Shown: positions 1-9,453 of the stretch, one piece after another | Layout: each line of letters opens with the position of its first letter | How positions within the stretch are numbered: position 1 is the stretch's first letter | DNA from: Chloropicon primus | Taxonomy: Eukaryota | Direction: 5' to 3' | Assembly: GCA_023205875.1 (NCBI GenBank) | Contig: CP060756.1 | Span: forward strand, 558,001-622,000 | Length of the DNA: 64,000 nt | The notes under the pieces: generated by a model | The model's database searches: none | Seen by the model: the letters and a program-made list of their open reading frames with translations, nothing else | Told to the model about the DNA's origin: nothing | Position numbers and translations under genes: made by a program

Positions 1-768
1 GTTCACGGCCACGATCTTCTCCAGGGCCCCGGCGGCTTCCAAGAACTTCTTCCTCCGGATCAAGTAGCAGGGGCTCTCCACGAGGAAGGCCAGCGCCAGG
101 ACGCACGCCAAGATCGCCGGCAGGATACACACCACGAAGTAAAGCCTCCAACCCCCGATGTTGAGGTACGGCAGCGTCACGTCCCGCGGCAGTATGAGCC
201 AGCCCAGGGCTGCCGTGATGACCGAGCCCAGCATCCAGTGGGACGCCACTATTGTCATGTACTTCCCCCTCACCCTGGAGCTCGTCGTCTCTGCCACGTA
301 CGAGAAGAGCGCCGGGATGTTGCCCCCGATCCCCAGACCAGCAAGGAACCGGAAGAGGGCCACCTGGGACATCGACTCCGCCAACGCAGTCAGAGCCCCA
401 AAGACCGCGATGAATGCGGTAAAGATTATCAGGCAGGACTTTCGTCCCCTCAGGTCCGCAACCGCTCCGGACGAGAGACCGCCAAGAAGCATGCCTAAGA
501 AGATGCAAGACGCCATCAAATTCTTCTCCCACGTGAGGACCTCCCCCTCGAACTCCGTCTCTATCATCGGCAGAGCGAGTGCTATGGCCATGACTTCGGT
601 GCTTCCTGCAGCCACTCCAAGGCCGCAAGTGACGCAACTGAGGAGCTGGTACCGACCATTTCCGAGGACCTTGTCCACCTTGACCGAGTGGTCGTCCCCT
701 CCACCGTCATCATCCCGCGGGCCCACAAGGGCAACCGTCTCGAGCTCCTTCTCGTGCTCGAGCCTCAT
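1..768 (-). CDS. MFS transporter, SV2/sugar-porter-like (5' part; runs off window start)
   Basis: Manual minus-strand translation from ATG 768 is open to base 1. It contains MFS motifs G-A-V-A-D-L-R-G-R-K, FRFLAGLGIGG, YVAE..RVRG, GWR and VESP, with multiple hydrophobic helices. Confidence 0.88.
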   Translation of the reverse strand, partial: MRLEHEKELETVALVGPRDDDGGGDDHSVKVDKVLGNGRYQLLSCVTCGLGVAAGSTEVMAIALALPMIETEFEGEVLTWEKNLMASCIFLGMLLGGLSSGAVADLRGRKSCLIIFTAFIAVFGALTALAESMSQVALFRFLAGLGIGGNIPALFSYVAETTSSRVRGKYMTIVASHWMLGSVITAALGWLILPRDVTLPYLNIGGWRLYFVVCILPAILACVLALAFLVESPCYLIRRKKFLEAAGALEKIVAVN

Positions 769-840
769 ACTCGCCGCTCGATTGTGTGGACGCCGCTCTT
801 CCAGCTGGCGGACTGAGGACTGAGGATGGACCATGGCAAA

Positions 841-1065
841 GGGACTGGACGCGGGTGGCCAGGCTCAAGGGGGGAGAGGGATTGGAGTGGAGTGGGTCTG
901 GATCGGCTCTGCTTACCATGACTACACCACTAGCAGGCTCCATTGCAGAGGAGGGATGCAGCTTGGGTCCAGTCCAAGGACTGGACGCGGGTGGGAATAA
1001 TCACTCGTGGCCAGGCTCAAGAGGGGGAGGGGGAGGAGTGGAGTGGAGTGGGTCTGGATCGGCCC
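841..1065. repeat. Imperfect direct repeat (~65 bp x2)
   Basis: GGACTGGACGCGGGTGG...CCAGGCTCAAG...GGAGTGGAGTGGGTCTGGATCGGC occurs at ~842 and ~978. Confidence 0.8.
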
Positions 1066-1121
1066 TGCTCGCCTGTGTGTGCCCGCGAGACACACAAATA
1101 CACAAACACACAAACACACAT

Positions 1122-1157
<36 letters not shown>

Positions 1158-1257
1158 GTTCCGAGACGGCACGTCTGTCATGCCACGCGCCGCTCCCCTT
1201 TGTCGACTCGAGCTCCAAGTAGTAGTCTCTCCGTTTTGTTACTCTGCTCTTATCGTG

Positions 1258-1848
1258 TTACTTTATCGGGCGATACCGTTGCGAGGACAGCTCGTGGTAC
1301 GTGCCACGGGCGCCAATGCACCATTTCTTCCACCAAGGGAGCTCCAGGGAGAAAATTCTCTCCTCGAACTGCTCCATGCCATCGGCCAAGGTCGCCATGT
1401 TGTCCTGCAGGACTTCCTTCTGCTCCCTCTGAGACCGCTGAGCCAGGACGCGCTGGGCCTTCTCCATCTCAATCAGCTTCTTCAGCTCCTGCTGCTGCTT
1501 CAGGTTGGCCTGCTGCTGCTTGTCCAGCTGGTTCTGCATCAGGACGAGGTGAGCCTTCTGGTGGTGCAGCTCCTCGCTCAGCCAGTCGCTCACAGACACG
1601 AAGGCCAGTTCCACCTTCTCCTCTATCTTTTGCAGCTTGCTGCTCAAGACAGCCCCCTCTTCGCCCTCCTGCCCCGTCGTCCCCTGTCCTTGACGGAGCT
1701 CCTTGAAGGCCTGCGAAACCTCCGCCTTGGCCGCGTCCAGCGAGTTCGTCCTCTGCAGACCGCTCCCCTTCGACTTCGCCGTCTCACCAACGGCCCTTTC
1801 CCCCTCCACCTCACCCCCTCGAACGCCAGACCCTTCCTCCGCGCTCAT
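1258..1848 (-). CDS. Hypothetical coiled-coil protein
   Basis: ORF with coding-like codon use and Q/E/K/L heptads. Start placed at MSAEEG; C-terminal LPWWKKW. Confidence 0.6.
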   Translation of the reverse strand: MSAEEGSGVRGGEVEGERAVGETAKSKGSGLQRTNSLDAAKAEVSQAFKELRQGQGTTGQEGEEGAVLSSKLQKIEEKVELAFVSVSDWLSEELHHQKAHLVLMQNQLDKQQQANLKQQQELKKLIEMEKAQRVLAQRSQREQKEVLQDNMATLADGMEQFEERIFSLELPWWKKWCIGARGTYHELSSQRYRPIK

Positions 1849-2314
1849 CCTTCTCCCCTCCTCCTCCAACGCCGACGCCTCCTCTCCTCTCTCTGCTCGC
1901 CTCCTCTCCTCTCTACCGAACCGAAAACCACGCGAGTGAGGGCGCTCAAAGTGTCTTTGGAAAGCCCGTGATAAGAGCTTTTGATCCTTCGGTCCCGCTC
2001 CCTCCCTCCCTCCCTTCCGCCCTCTCTCTCCCTTCCTCTTTCCGTCCACGACCTCGGCGCCACCTCTCTCTTCTGCTAACGCCCCACAAGGAGAGAGAGA
2101 GGGAGAGAGAGAGGAGGTTGTCGAGAACGATCGCGAGCGATCGACGCGCGAGGGGTGGGAGCAAAGGGAGGGATCACTCGCGCGATCAACGCTACGTCTG
2201 ACGATCTTCCTCTCCATACCTCACTTGACCCCATTGGCGTGACACTCGTCGAGAAGGGACGCCATGATGCCATCAACATCAGCAGCAGCAGCATCGTCGA
2301 CAAGTTTGAGAGTG

Positions 2315-3195
2315 ATGGGAGGGAGGACAGGGGTATCGGCGTGGAGGACGCGTCGCCTGAGGGTGTCTTCCTCCTCCGGTGCGGCGGGGACGACGGGGAT
2401 GAGGCGGGAGGAGAGCGTCGACGCCATCGCAAGGAGGAAGGAGGAACTCGTGGCTGTGGTGGAAGCCACCAAGAGAGGAGCCTTTGCGGACTTGAACAAG
2501 AGGGCAGAGATCGAGGAGGCCCAGACCAGGCTTGAGAGTGTGGGTGGCGATGCCATTGACGTGAGAGGAGGCCTCCAGGGGAAGTGGAAACTTCTTTACA
2601 CCACGAGTTTCGACCTCCTTCCCCTGTTCTGGGTGGACAACCTGTCGCAGGCGAACCAGATCGGGTCCATCTTCCAGGAGTTTGACGAGCCTGACGCGAC
2701 AGGGAAAGGGAAGGTCAAGGTAAGGCTGTCTTTTTTTTTCTTAATTCGTCACGGGACTTGGGGATCGGACAGAAAGCTGACGACTGTGTTGTGAACTTGC
2801 TCGCGTTGTCTTCGATACAGAACATCATCCTCGGAGGCCTGCCTCCTTTCCTCGAAGAGGTGACTCTGACGGTGTCGGCACGGTACGAGGTTCTGAGCGA
2901 CAGGAGGATCACCCTGTCCTTCGAAGAGGCCCAGGTCGACAGCGCTGTCCTCACCGATCTCGGGAAAACGATCGTCAGCCCTGCCGTCCTGCCGAGGGGG
3001 CAGCTCAACATGAGAATTCTTCAACTCATCCAGGACTTCTCGGTGGCGGTTCCCTTGGGCACGCCCTTGGAGACCTCAGCACGGGAGGCGGTGGGAAACC
3101 CCACCCTCCTGCTTACCTTCTTGGACGAGACCCTTCTCATCGGGAGGGCCCTGCCGGGGGGCGGCGTCTACATCCTGGAAAAGGAGCAGGAGTAA
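2315..3195 (+). CDS. Plastid lipid-associated protein (PAP/fibrillin), 2 exons; intron 2720-2820
   Basis: LQGKWKLLYTT and LTFLDETLLIGR fibrillin motifs. The GTAAGG...ATACAG intron joins the two ORFs. Transit-peptide-like N-terminus; start uncertain (2264 or 2315). Confidence 0.85.
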
Positions 3196-3251
3196 AATTT
3201 TTGTATTGAACTTATATCGAGTATGTGTATCACCGGGAGGCTCACTTCGGC

Positions 3252-3885
3252 TCACTCCGTCGAAACGCTTCGCCCCTGCTCAAGTTGATTGACCTGGTCG
3301 TGCAGCTTTTCCTCCTCCTTCCTCTCCTCCTCCTCCGCCTTTCGTGTGTTGGGTGGTGGCGAAACAAAGTATGATGTCAACAAGGAGTGAAAGAGAAGAA
3401 GCCCACCACCCTTTTGAATCCAACCTCAACTCACCTCTGCTTTCCGCTCAAAGTATTCATCCACTGCCCACTGGTAAGAATGAACAAGACTCGAGTCAGG
3501 GAACGGGATCAAACACACACACGGACCCGAGAACTTACTTGATACTTGGAGTCATTGAAACCCAAGAGATCTGCCATGTGAGCGTCCAAGACTCTCCACC
3601 CTGAAGCAAGCAGCGCAGCAAGCAGCGTCAGAACCAATCGGCCAAACCACTCGGGATCCAAGGGCAGAGATAAATCAACCCGAACCGTCCTGTCCCTCGA
3701 CTCGAACAGGAACTGCATCCCATCATCCCAACAGCCCATCAGCCCATCAGCCCTTCTTCTCCTACCCTTCGTCCAAGAAACTTACATTCAACGCACGCTT
3801 TGCGGATTTTCGATACGAAGGATTCGCTTGAGACGGAGGCCTCCTCGTGTGCCGTGCCCGTGGTCTCCCTCCCTTCCTCCCTCAT
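3252..3885 (-). CDS. FAM177-like small protein, 4 exons (3885-3786, 3600-3539, 3470-3435, 3338-3252)
   Basis: Three canonical GT-AG introns splice in frame to MREEG...ACVEWWRVLDAHMADLLGFNDSKYQWAVDEYFERKAEAEEEERKEEEK...STE*. This resembles the FAM177 motif (LGI..PKYQYAIDEY followed by poly-E). Confidence 0.72.
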
Positions 3886-3974
3886 CTCATCGCTCTTCCT
3901 CTTCCTCCTCCACTTCACCAGTCCATGGCGCTCCCATCGTCCCTCACTACTAGGACAACTCGAGCGAGCGAGCC

Positions 3975-4296
3975 AGCACAGGAGGTGAGTTGTTGGGCCC
4001 CGTGGAGGATGAGGGAGAAACAAGTTGCGTCAGAGGAGGAGAGGATTGGATTGTGTTTGTCTTCCTCTTTCGTTTGACCGCTTGAACGCAGCAAATGGTG
4101 AACGAGAGACTGAAAGGGAACGAATTGTTTGCTCCATCATCACAGTCGACCAGCAAAGGAGGTGAGTTGTTGGGCCCCGTGGAGGACGAGGGAGAAACAA
4201 GTTGCGTCAGAGGAGGAGAGGATTGGATTGTGTTTGTCTTCCTCTTTCGTTTGACCGCTTGAACGCAGCGAATGGCGAACGAGAAACCGAGAGGGA
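3975..4296 (+). repeat. 177-bp tandem duplication carrying two near-identical 107-nt introns (3985-4091, 4162-4268)
   Basis: Both copies run GTGAGT...TTTGACCGCTTGAACGCAG and differ at about one position; the flanks are more diverged. Confidence 0.85.
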
Positions 4297-4318
4297 TTGC
4301 GTTTTGAGTCGTTTGAGG

Positions 4319-4813
4319 ATGGCGCCGAAGGGGAAGGGGTATGAAGTGGAGTGGCCTCCGGGGTGTGAGAAGCTAGGGGCAGGGTTCGCATTCTCGTGCG
4401 GGCAGGAGGTGCTTCTCTTGAAGCGCTCGCCGAATAGCGGGAACCCGTTGACGTGGGGTCTGCCGGGAGGGAACGTCGACAAGACGGATGAGTCGCTCCT
4501 GTTCGCGGCGAAGAGAGAAGCGGTGGAGGAGATGGAGCAACTCCCAGAGGGCTTCGAGGTGGTGAGGGAAGTGACGACGCGGAGGGGGAAGAGGCTGCAG
4601 AAGTGGTACAAGGTTTTCGTGGCGAGGATCTCAGAGGCGGTGAAGGAAGCCTACAAGCCGGCGCTGAACGACGAGCACACGGAATACAAGTGGGTCGACG
4701 TGAAGGAGCTCCACATGCTGAACCTCCACCCGGTTGTGAGCTTGCTGTTCTCCAGCACCGGGGAGCTCCCCGTGGAACAATTTCAGAAGCTCATGGCGCC
4801 GGTGGCGGCGTGA
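4319..4813 (+). CDS. Nudix hydrolase
   Basis: Nudix box WGLPGGNVDKTDESLLFAAKREAVEE, plus LNDEHTEYKW. TGTAA at 4861. Possible spliced N-terminal extension from ATG 3925. Confidence 0.88.
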   Translation: MAPKGKGYEVEWPPGCEKLGAGFAFSCGQEVLLLKRSPNSGNPLTWGLPGGNVDKTDESLLFAAKREAVEEMEQLPEGFEVVREVTTRRGKRLQKWYKVFVARISEAVKEAYKPALNDEHTEYKWVDVKELHMLNLHPVVSLLFSSTGELPVEQFQKLMAPVAA

Positions 4814-4897
4814 CTGGAGCAGAATCATCGCGCCGAGGCTTTGGCTTTCGTGTTTTTTTTTGTAATCATCTATATATATATTTGCAAGACAATTCGA

Positions 4898-7546
4898 TCA
4901 GTTGTTAAAGAGGGCCGGCTCCTCCAGGAGCTCGTTGTCGAAGCCCCAAACATTTCGGCCGTCGCCCCAAAAGTCCCTCATCTCGTTCCTTATGTTCGCG
5001 ATCAATGGGAACATGGGCTCCTCCTCAAAGTAAGCGCTGTCGTCAAAGTTGTCCCCGAACGTGGTGCGCTCAAGCGTGCGCACCTCTAGCGCCCGGCCCT
5101 TGAGGTACTCCTCAAGCTCCCGATCCATCCAGTCCATCCTGTTCAGGATCCATTTCCTCAGCTCCCGCACCTCGTTGTCCCAAGAACCCTTGTGGCCGAC
5201 GATAGGAATGCGGTTGTCGTTTGTGCTGGTGCGGCTCAGGGGCCAGACGTTCGTATTCTTCGAGACGCTCTTGTTCAGCAAGCGCCTGTACTTGGAGAAC
5301 TCAGCACTGACCTGGGCATCGCTGAGCGGACCCCCCTCCTGCCTCAGTTCCTTCCACCTCGCCACAAGCTTCTGCTTGAACGTGGCATCCTGCAGCAGCT
5401 TGGTGTACCACTGAGAGAGCCTGGAGTACTTCCTCTGGTTCGGTCCCTTGAACGCCCACTGGTCGTACCCGGTGTAGTAGCCATTCCAGCCCGCCGCATT
5501 GCCAAAGGCGAGGTCAAAGTCCCACGGGGGGCCCGCAGAGAGCTTCCCGTCCTCAATGTTCACGCTGAAGTACGCGCTGCTGATGTAACCGTCCATGTTT
5601 TTGGACACCTCCGTGTGGATGAAATAGTCCACAAAGGAGTCGAGGTCGATGTACTTGGAGTACAGCGTCGCGAGGCCTTGCTCGTCGTCCCAACGCCCTC
5701 CCAGCAGAATGTCCTCTATTTTCCTCAGGAGGACCTCGATGTACAGCTTGTCGGAGGCGATATACTGCTTGGGGTACTTGAAGTACACCCTCGTCTGCCC
5801 GATGTCGAGGACGTGGGGGTCCTTCTCCTCGTTCGCCGCAGACTGCCTGAACAAGTTCTCGTGCTCCACGCTTCTGAACTCCAGGATGTACGCCCCCTTG
5901 CTTCGGGGCAAGGAGGGTCTCGACGCGCCGCGGCCACCAAACGTGCTCCTCGTCGTGAAGTTCGCCGCCTCGAGCTTCGGGAGATTCATTCGGCCCTTGG
6001 ACCTCTTGATGCTCTCCCTCAGGGCGTAGATGCCCTGGTAATTCTTCGAAAAGCTCAGGGGCAGGTGCGTCTGCTTGTAGTAGTACCCATCGCCCCTGGA
6101 GGCCTCCTCGTCCGGGCCCCACAGGAACAGCTCGACGTACACCTGCCTCGGCGCCCAGTACCCGAGGTCCTGCCACACCTTCATCGCGAACGGGTTCCGG
6201 ACGAGGCTCCTGTCGATGTAGTCCCCGTTGAGTATCCAGTCCGCGTTCTCCGGCATTCCCGCGATGCCGTAGTCGAAGTCTTGCTGCTGGGCCTGCCTCG
6301 CATCAGTCCTCTGGTCGCCCTCCTTGCTCCACAGCTCCATCGAGTACTGCTTCTTCGGGAACTTTTGCGAGGAGCGCCCGCGGACCTCGATGCCGACCTC
6401 GTCGTCAAACATGGGAGAGTCGGAGAGGGAGCAGAGGGCGTTCTCCAGGTTCCACACGCTCTCCCCGTCCCGGGACTTGTTCTCCGCCCGGGACCCCAGC
6501 ATCGTGGAGCCGCTCTCGCAGCCCCCGAGCCAGAACTCGGCCCTGACCTTGGGGTAATTCGGGATCGGCTTGGTGCTGAACGTCTTGAGCACCGCGACCG
6601 GCAGGCCGCTCCTGAAGTTGGACACCGTCCCGCCCTCCAGGGACACGAGCCCTCCGCCAAAGTAGTTCGACCCGTAGGCATTCTCCCCTAGGATTCCGGT
6701 GTTGCGCTTCAGGGGTGTCGGGCGCTTGAGGACCGCGAGGACCGAGTTGGTCGCGTCGTCGTCGGGCCTGCCGAAGGACGCGCCCCGCGGGATGTCGCCC
6801 TTCCCCCAGGACACCTCGTCCAGCACCTTGCCCTTGTGCCTGATCTGAAGCCTCTCCCTGGACCCGAGCTTGAACGGCAGCTTGAGGTCGCACTCCTTGC
6901 TGCTGCTGCTGCTGCTGCCCTTCGAGGAGGAGGAGGAGGAGCGCGAGAACAGGATGAGGTAGCCAAGGGGCGGGACCACCACGGGCTCGTCGCACTCCAG
7001 GACGAAGGAGGGGGAGGGGGGGGAGGAGGGCGGCTGGTCACCGCCGCCCTCCGCCTCGAGGGCGTCCCTGTTCAGGACCTCCAGCCCCCTGACGTCCACC
7101 GGGGTGTTCCCCTTGTTCCTCAGCTCGATCCAGTCCGGGGTCAAGTCGCCCTCCCGGCTCTTCGGCATCGCCTCGTTGATGGAGATCCAGGGGTGCGTCG
7201 CGAGGGGGTCCACCTCGAGGAGCCCGTTGTCAGCCTCCTCACCCTCCGCGGGCCTCGTGGCCCCGCCCACCCGGTCCACCCGGGGGGATCCCCTCTCGCA
7301 CCTGATCCACTTGTCCTCCCCGCCGTCCTGCTTGGCGATGCAGAACAGCCGCTTGGAGTACGACATGCAACCGAAGTGGACCTCGCCCTTGTACGTGAAC
7401 GGGAACTCGCACGCCGATGGAAGCGCCGGGGTCGCCGCCGCCACCGCGACCAGCAGGACGGAGACGAGGAGGAGGAGAAAACCAAAACCAAAACCATAAC
7501 CAAGGTGGTGGCTGCTAGGACAACAACGACGACGACGGCGACGCAT
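4898..7546 (-). CDS. Secreted CotH-family protein kinase with FN2-like and lamin-tail (LTD) domains
   Basis: Hydrophobic signal peptide; CEFPFTYKG (FN2-like); INEAM...DWIELRN (LTD); CotH motifs IEVRGRSS, KKQYS, DRSLVRN, YVELF, NMDG, GPPWDFDLAFGN. Intronless. Confidence 0.85.
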   Translation of the reverse strand: MRRRRRRCCPSSHHLGYGFGFGFLLLLVSVLLVAVAAATPALPSACEFPFTYKGEVHFGCMSYSKRLFCIAKQDGGEDKWIRCERGSPRVDRVGGATRPAEGEEADNGLLEVDPLATHPWISINEAMPKSREGDLTPDWIELRNKGNTPVDVRGLEVLNRDALEAEGGGDQPPSSPPSPSFVLECDEPVVVPPLGYLILFSRSSSSSSKGSSSSSSKECDLKLPFKLGSRERLQIRHKGKVLDEVSWGKGDIPRGASFGRPDDDATNSVLAVLKRPTPLKRNTGILGENAYGSNYFGGGLVSLEGGTVSNFRSGLPVAVLKTFSTKPIPNYPKVRAEFWLGGCESGSTMLGSRAENKSRDGESVWNLENALCSLSDSPMFDDEVGIEVRGRSSQKFPKKQYSMELWSKEGDQRTDARQAQQQDFDYGIAGMPENADWILNGDYIDRSLVRNPFAMKVWQDLGYWAPRQVYVELFLWGPDEEASRGDGYYYKQTHLPLSFSKNYQGIYALRESIKRSKGRMNLPKLEAANFTTRSTFGGRGASRPSLPRSKGAYILEFRSVEHENLFRQSAANEEKDPHVLDIGQTRVYFKYPKQYIASDKLYIEVLLRKIEDILLGGRWDDEQGLATLYSKYIDLDSFVDYFIHTEVSKNMDGYISSAYFSVNIEDGKLSAGPPWDFDLAFGNAAGWNGYYTGYDQWAFKGPNQRKYSRLSQWYTKLLQDATFKQKLVARWKELRQEGGPLSDAQVSAEFSKYRRLLNKSVSKNTNVWPLSRTSTNDNRIPIVGHKGSWDNEVRELRKWILNRMDWMDRELEEYLKGRALEVRTLERTTFGDNFDDSAYFEEEPMFPLIANIRNEMRDFWGDGRNVWGFDNELLEEPALFNN

Positions 7547-7939
7547 TCTTTTGTTTTGTTTCGTTTTTTGTGGGGGAACGACGCAGGTCGCAGTTGCAGA
7601 GGGAGTGTGCGGTGCAGCGGCGGCCCTCTCTCGCGCGTGCGCGGACTCCTCGCTCTCGCTCTCGCTCTCGCTCTCTGTAACGCATTGAGGAGGTCTGTGG
7701 TAACGCTCGCTCTGGGAGGAGGAGATTAACCTCGTTGCGTCGAGAGACGTTAATCTTCACGAGGGGGAAACCGAGTTGGGAACGCTGCGCGCCGAGACGA
7801 CGACGCTCGATCCTCTCGCTCTTCGGTAGTAGTGCTGGTGCTGCTGGTGGTGGTGGTGGTGGTGAGGGTCTTCTTTCTCTCTGAAATACTTTTTTTTTCG
7901 CTTTTTACACCTTCCTCTCGGAAACATTGTTACATATCA

Positions 7940-8350
7940 TCACTCCGCCTGCGTTCCTACTGGGGTCTTCCCCGTCTCCTTCGTCGTCTCCTTCGCCGTC
8001 GGCGGCGGCAGGAGGTCCTTCCAAGGGTCCTCCAGGAAGCTCTTCTTCACGTACCTCGTCACGTCAAAGTGTCCCCTTCTGCCCCGGCCCCGGCCCCGGC
8101 CGGAGTGTCCCTGCCTCCGCCCGCCGCGGCCCGCCTGCCGGTGCTGGTGGCGCTGCTGCTGGTGCTGGTGCCCGTGGCGGCCTCGAGGAGGCGGGGGGGA
8201 CCGGTAGTTGCCGCGGTGCTGGTGGGAGGTCCCACCCCCCGGGGGTCCGCCGCCCCCCAAACCCTCCGCCACCGCCCTCGTCCTCTTGTTGCTCGTCGTC
8301 GACGAGGGAGCGACGGAGGAGGGGGCGGCACCAGACGTCGCCGTCTCCAT
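7940..8350 (-). CDS. MPLKIP/TTDN1-like low-complexity protein (start uncertain)
   Basis: G/R/P-rich ORF ending in YVKKSFLEDPWKDL, resembling the Y.K.SMLEDPW..L signature of the MPLKIP family. Confidence 0.55.
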   Translation of the reverse strand: METATSGAAPSSVAPSSTTSNKRTRAVAEGLGGGGPPGGGTSHQHRGNYRSPPPPRGRHGHQHQQQRHQHRQAGRGGRRQGHSGRGRGRGRRGHFDVTRYVKKSFLEDPWKDLLPPPTAKETTKETGKTPVGTQAE

Positions 8351-9453
8351 CGTCTCGCAAGGCCTCGTGGCAGACACGGGTCGTGGGCGTGGACGCCTAC
8401 GGGATGTGCTGCAGGTGCTGCAGGTGCTCGGAGAGAAGAAGAAGCCTTTGGAGCCTCACACGGAACGAAAACGAACGCACCGCTCCTTGTCTCTTCTGCC
8501 TCGCGTCAAAAGACAACGACGACGACGACGACGACGATGACGGGGCGGTGATGCCGTTGATGCCCGTGCCCCACGAGCGACCGGCGACTGGGCGACTGGA
8601 AGCGAGAACGCGCCTCTGCTCTCCTGTGGTGGTCTCTCTCTCTCTCTCTGCCTCTCTCTCTGCCTCTGTGCGTGGTCTTTCGTGAGCGAAATCCCTCAAC
8701 CGAGGGGTCCACCGAAAGCCCTCGAGACGTAGTTTCGCATGATGTGCTCCTCAAACACCACCTTCCTCCCCTCTCCCACGCCTTGGCCCTCGTTCCCTCC
8801 TCTTTCGACCCACCTCGGTCCCCCGATCCGAGTTCCCCTCCAGGGACCAAAAAAGGATCTCCTGATATTTTTCAAAGTACGTCTCTCATCGACTATAGTC
8901 AGCGCGGTTTCCGTTTCCGTCCTGTGCTAATCCCTTGTTATTCCAAACCCTCTTTTGAGGGGGAAAAAAGAAGAAAACCTCAAAAGCGTGTCACTCGTGC
9001 AGAATAGAAAAACCCGTGTTTCCCAAAGTAAAAATAAAAACAAAACAAAACACAAAAAAAAAAAAACAAAAAAAATAAAGTACTGATAAAGTGCGCCAGA
9101 GCGAACACACGTCATCATCATCACGACTGACGACGACGACGACGACGACGACGAGGACGAGGGCGACGACGAGGACGAGGGCGACGACGAGGACGAGGGC
9201 GACGCTTGGCTTGGCTTGGCTTCGCTCGCGTGCTGGACGAGGGTGTCTCTCTCTCTGTCTCTGTGTTCTCTGTCTGTCTCTGTGCTGCGTTTTTGTTTTG
9301 GCGGAACCACTCACTCGGTGAGGCCAGAGTGGAAGGAGAAGGAGAAGGACTCCGTTCTCGTGGTAGTTGCGGGATAGGGTTTTTTTCTTTCCTTTTTTTT
9401 TGTGTGCCACTTTCTTCCGTTGTGCCTCTTCTTCTTCCTCTTCTTTTTTCGCG

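Noticed and set aside
158..1971. Long plus-strand ORFs (158-823, 786-1706, 943-1971) and similar antisense ORFs across the window
   Set aside because: These are shadow ORFs of GC-rich genes on the opposite strand or run through microsatellites; they carry no motifs.
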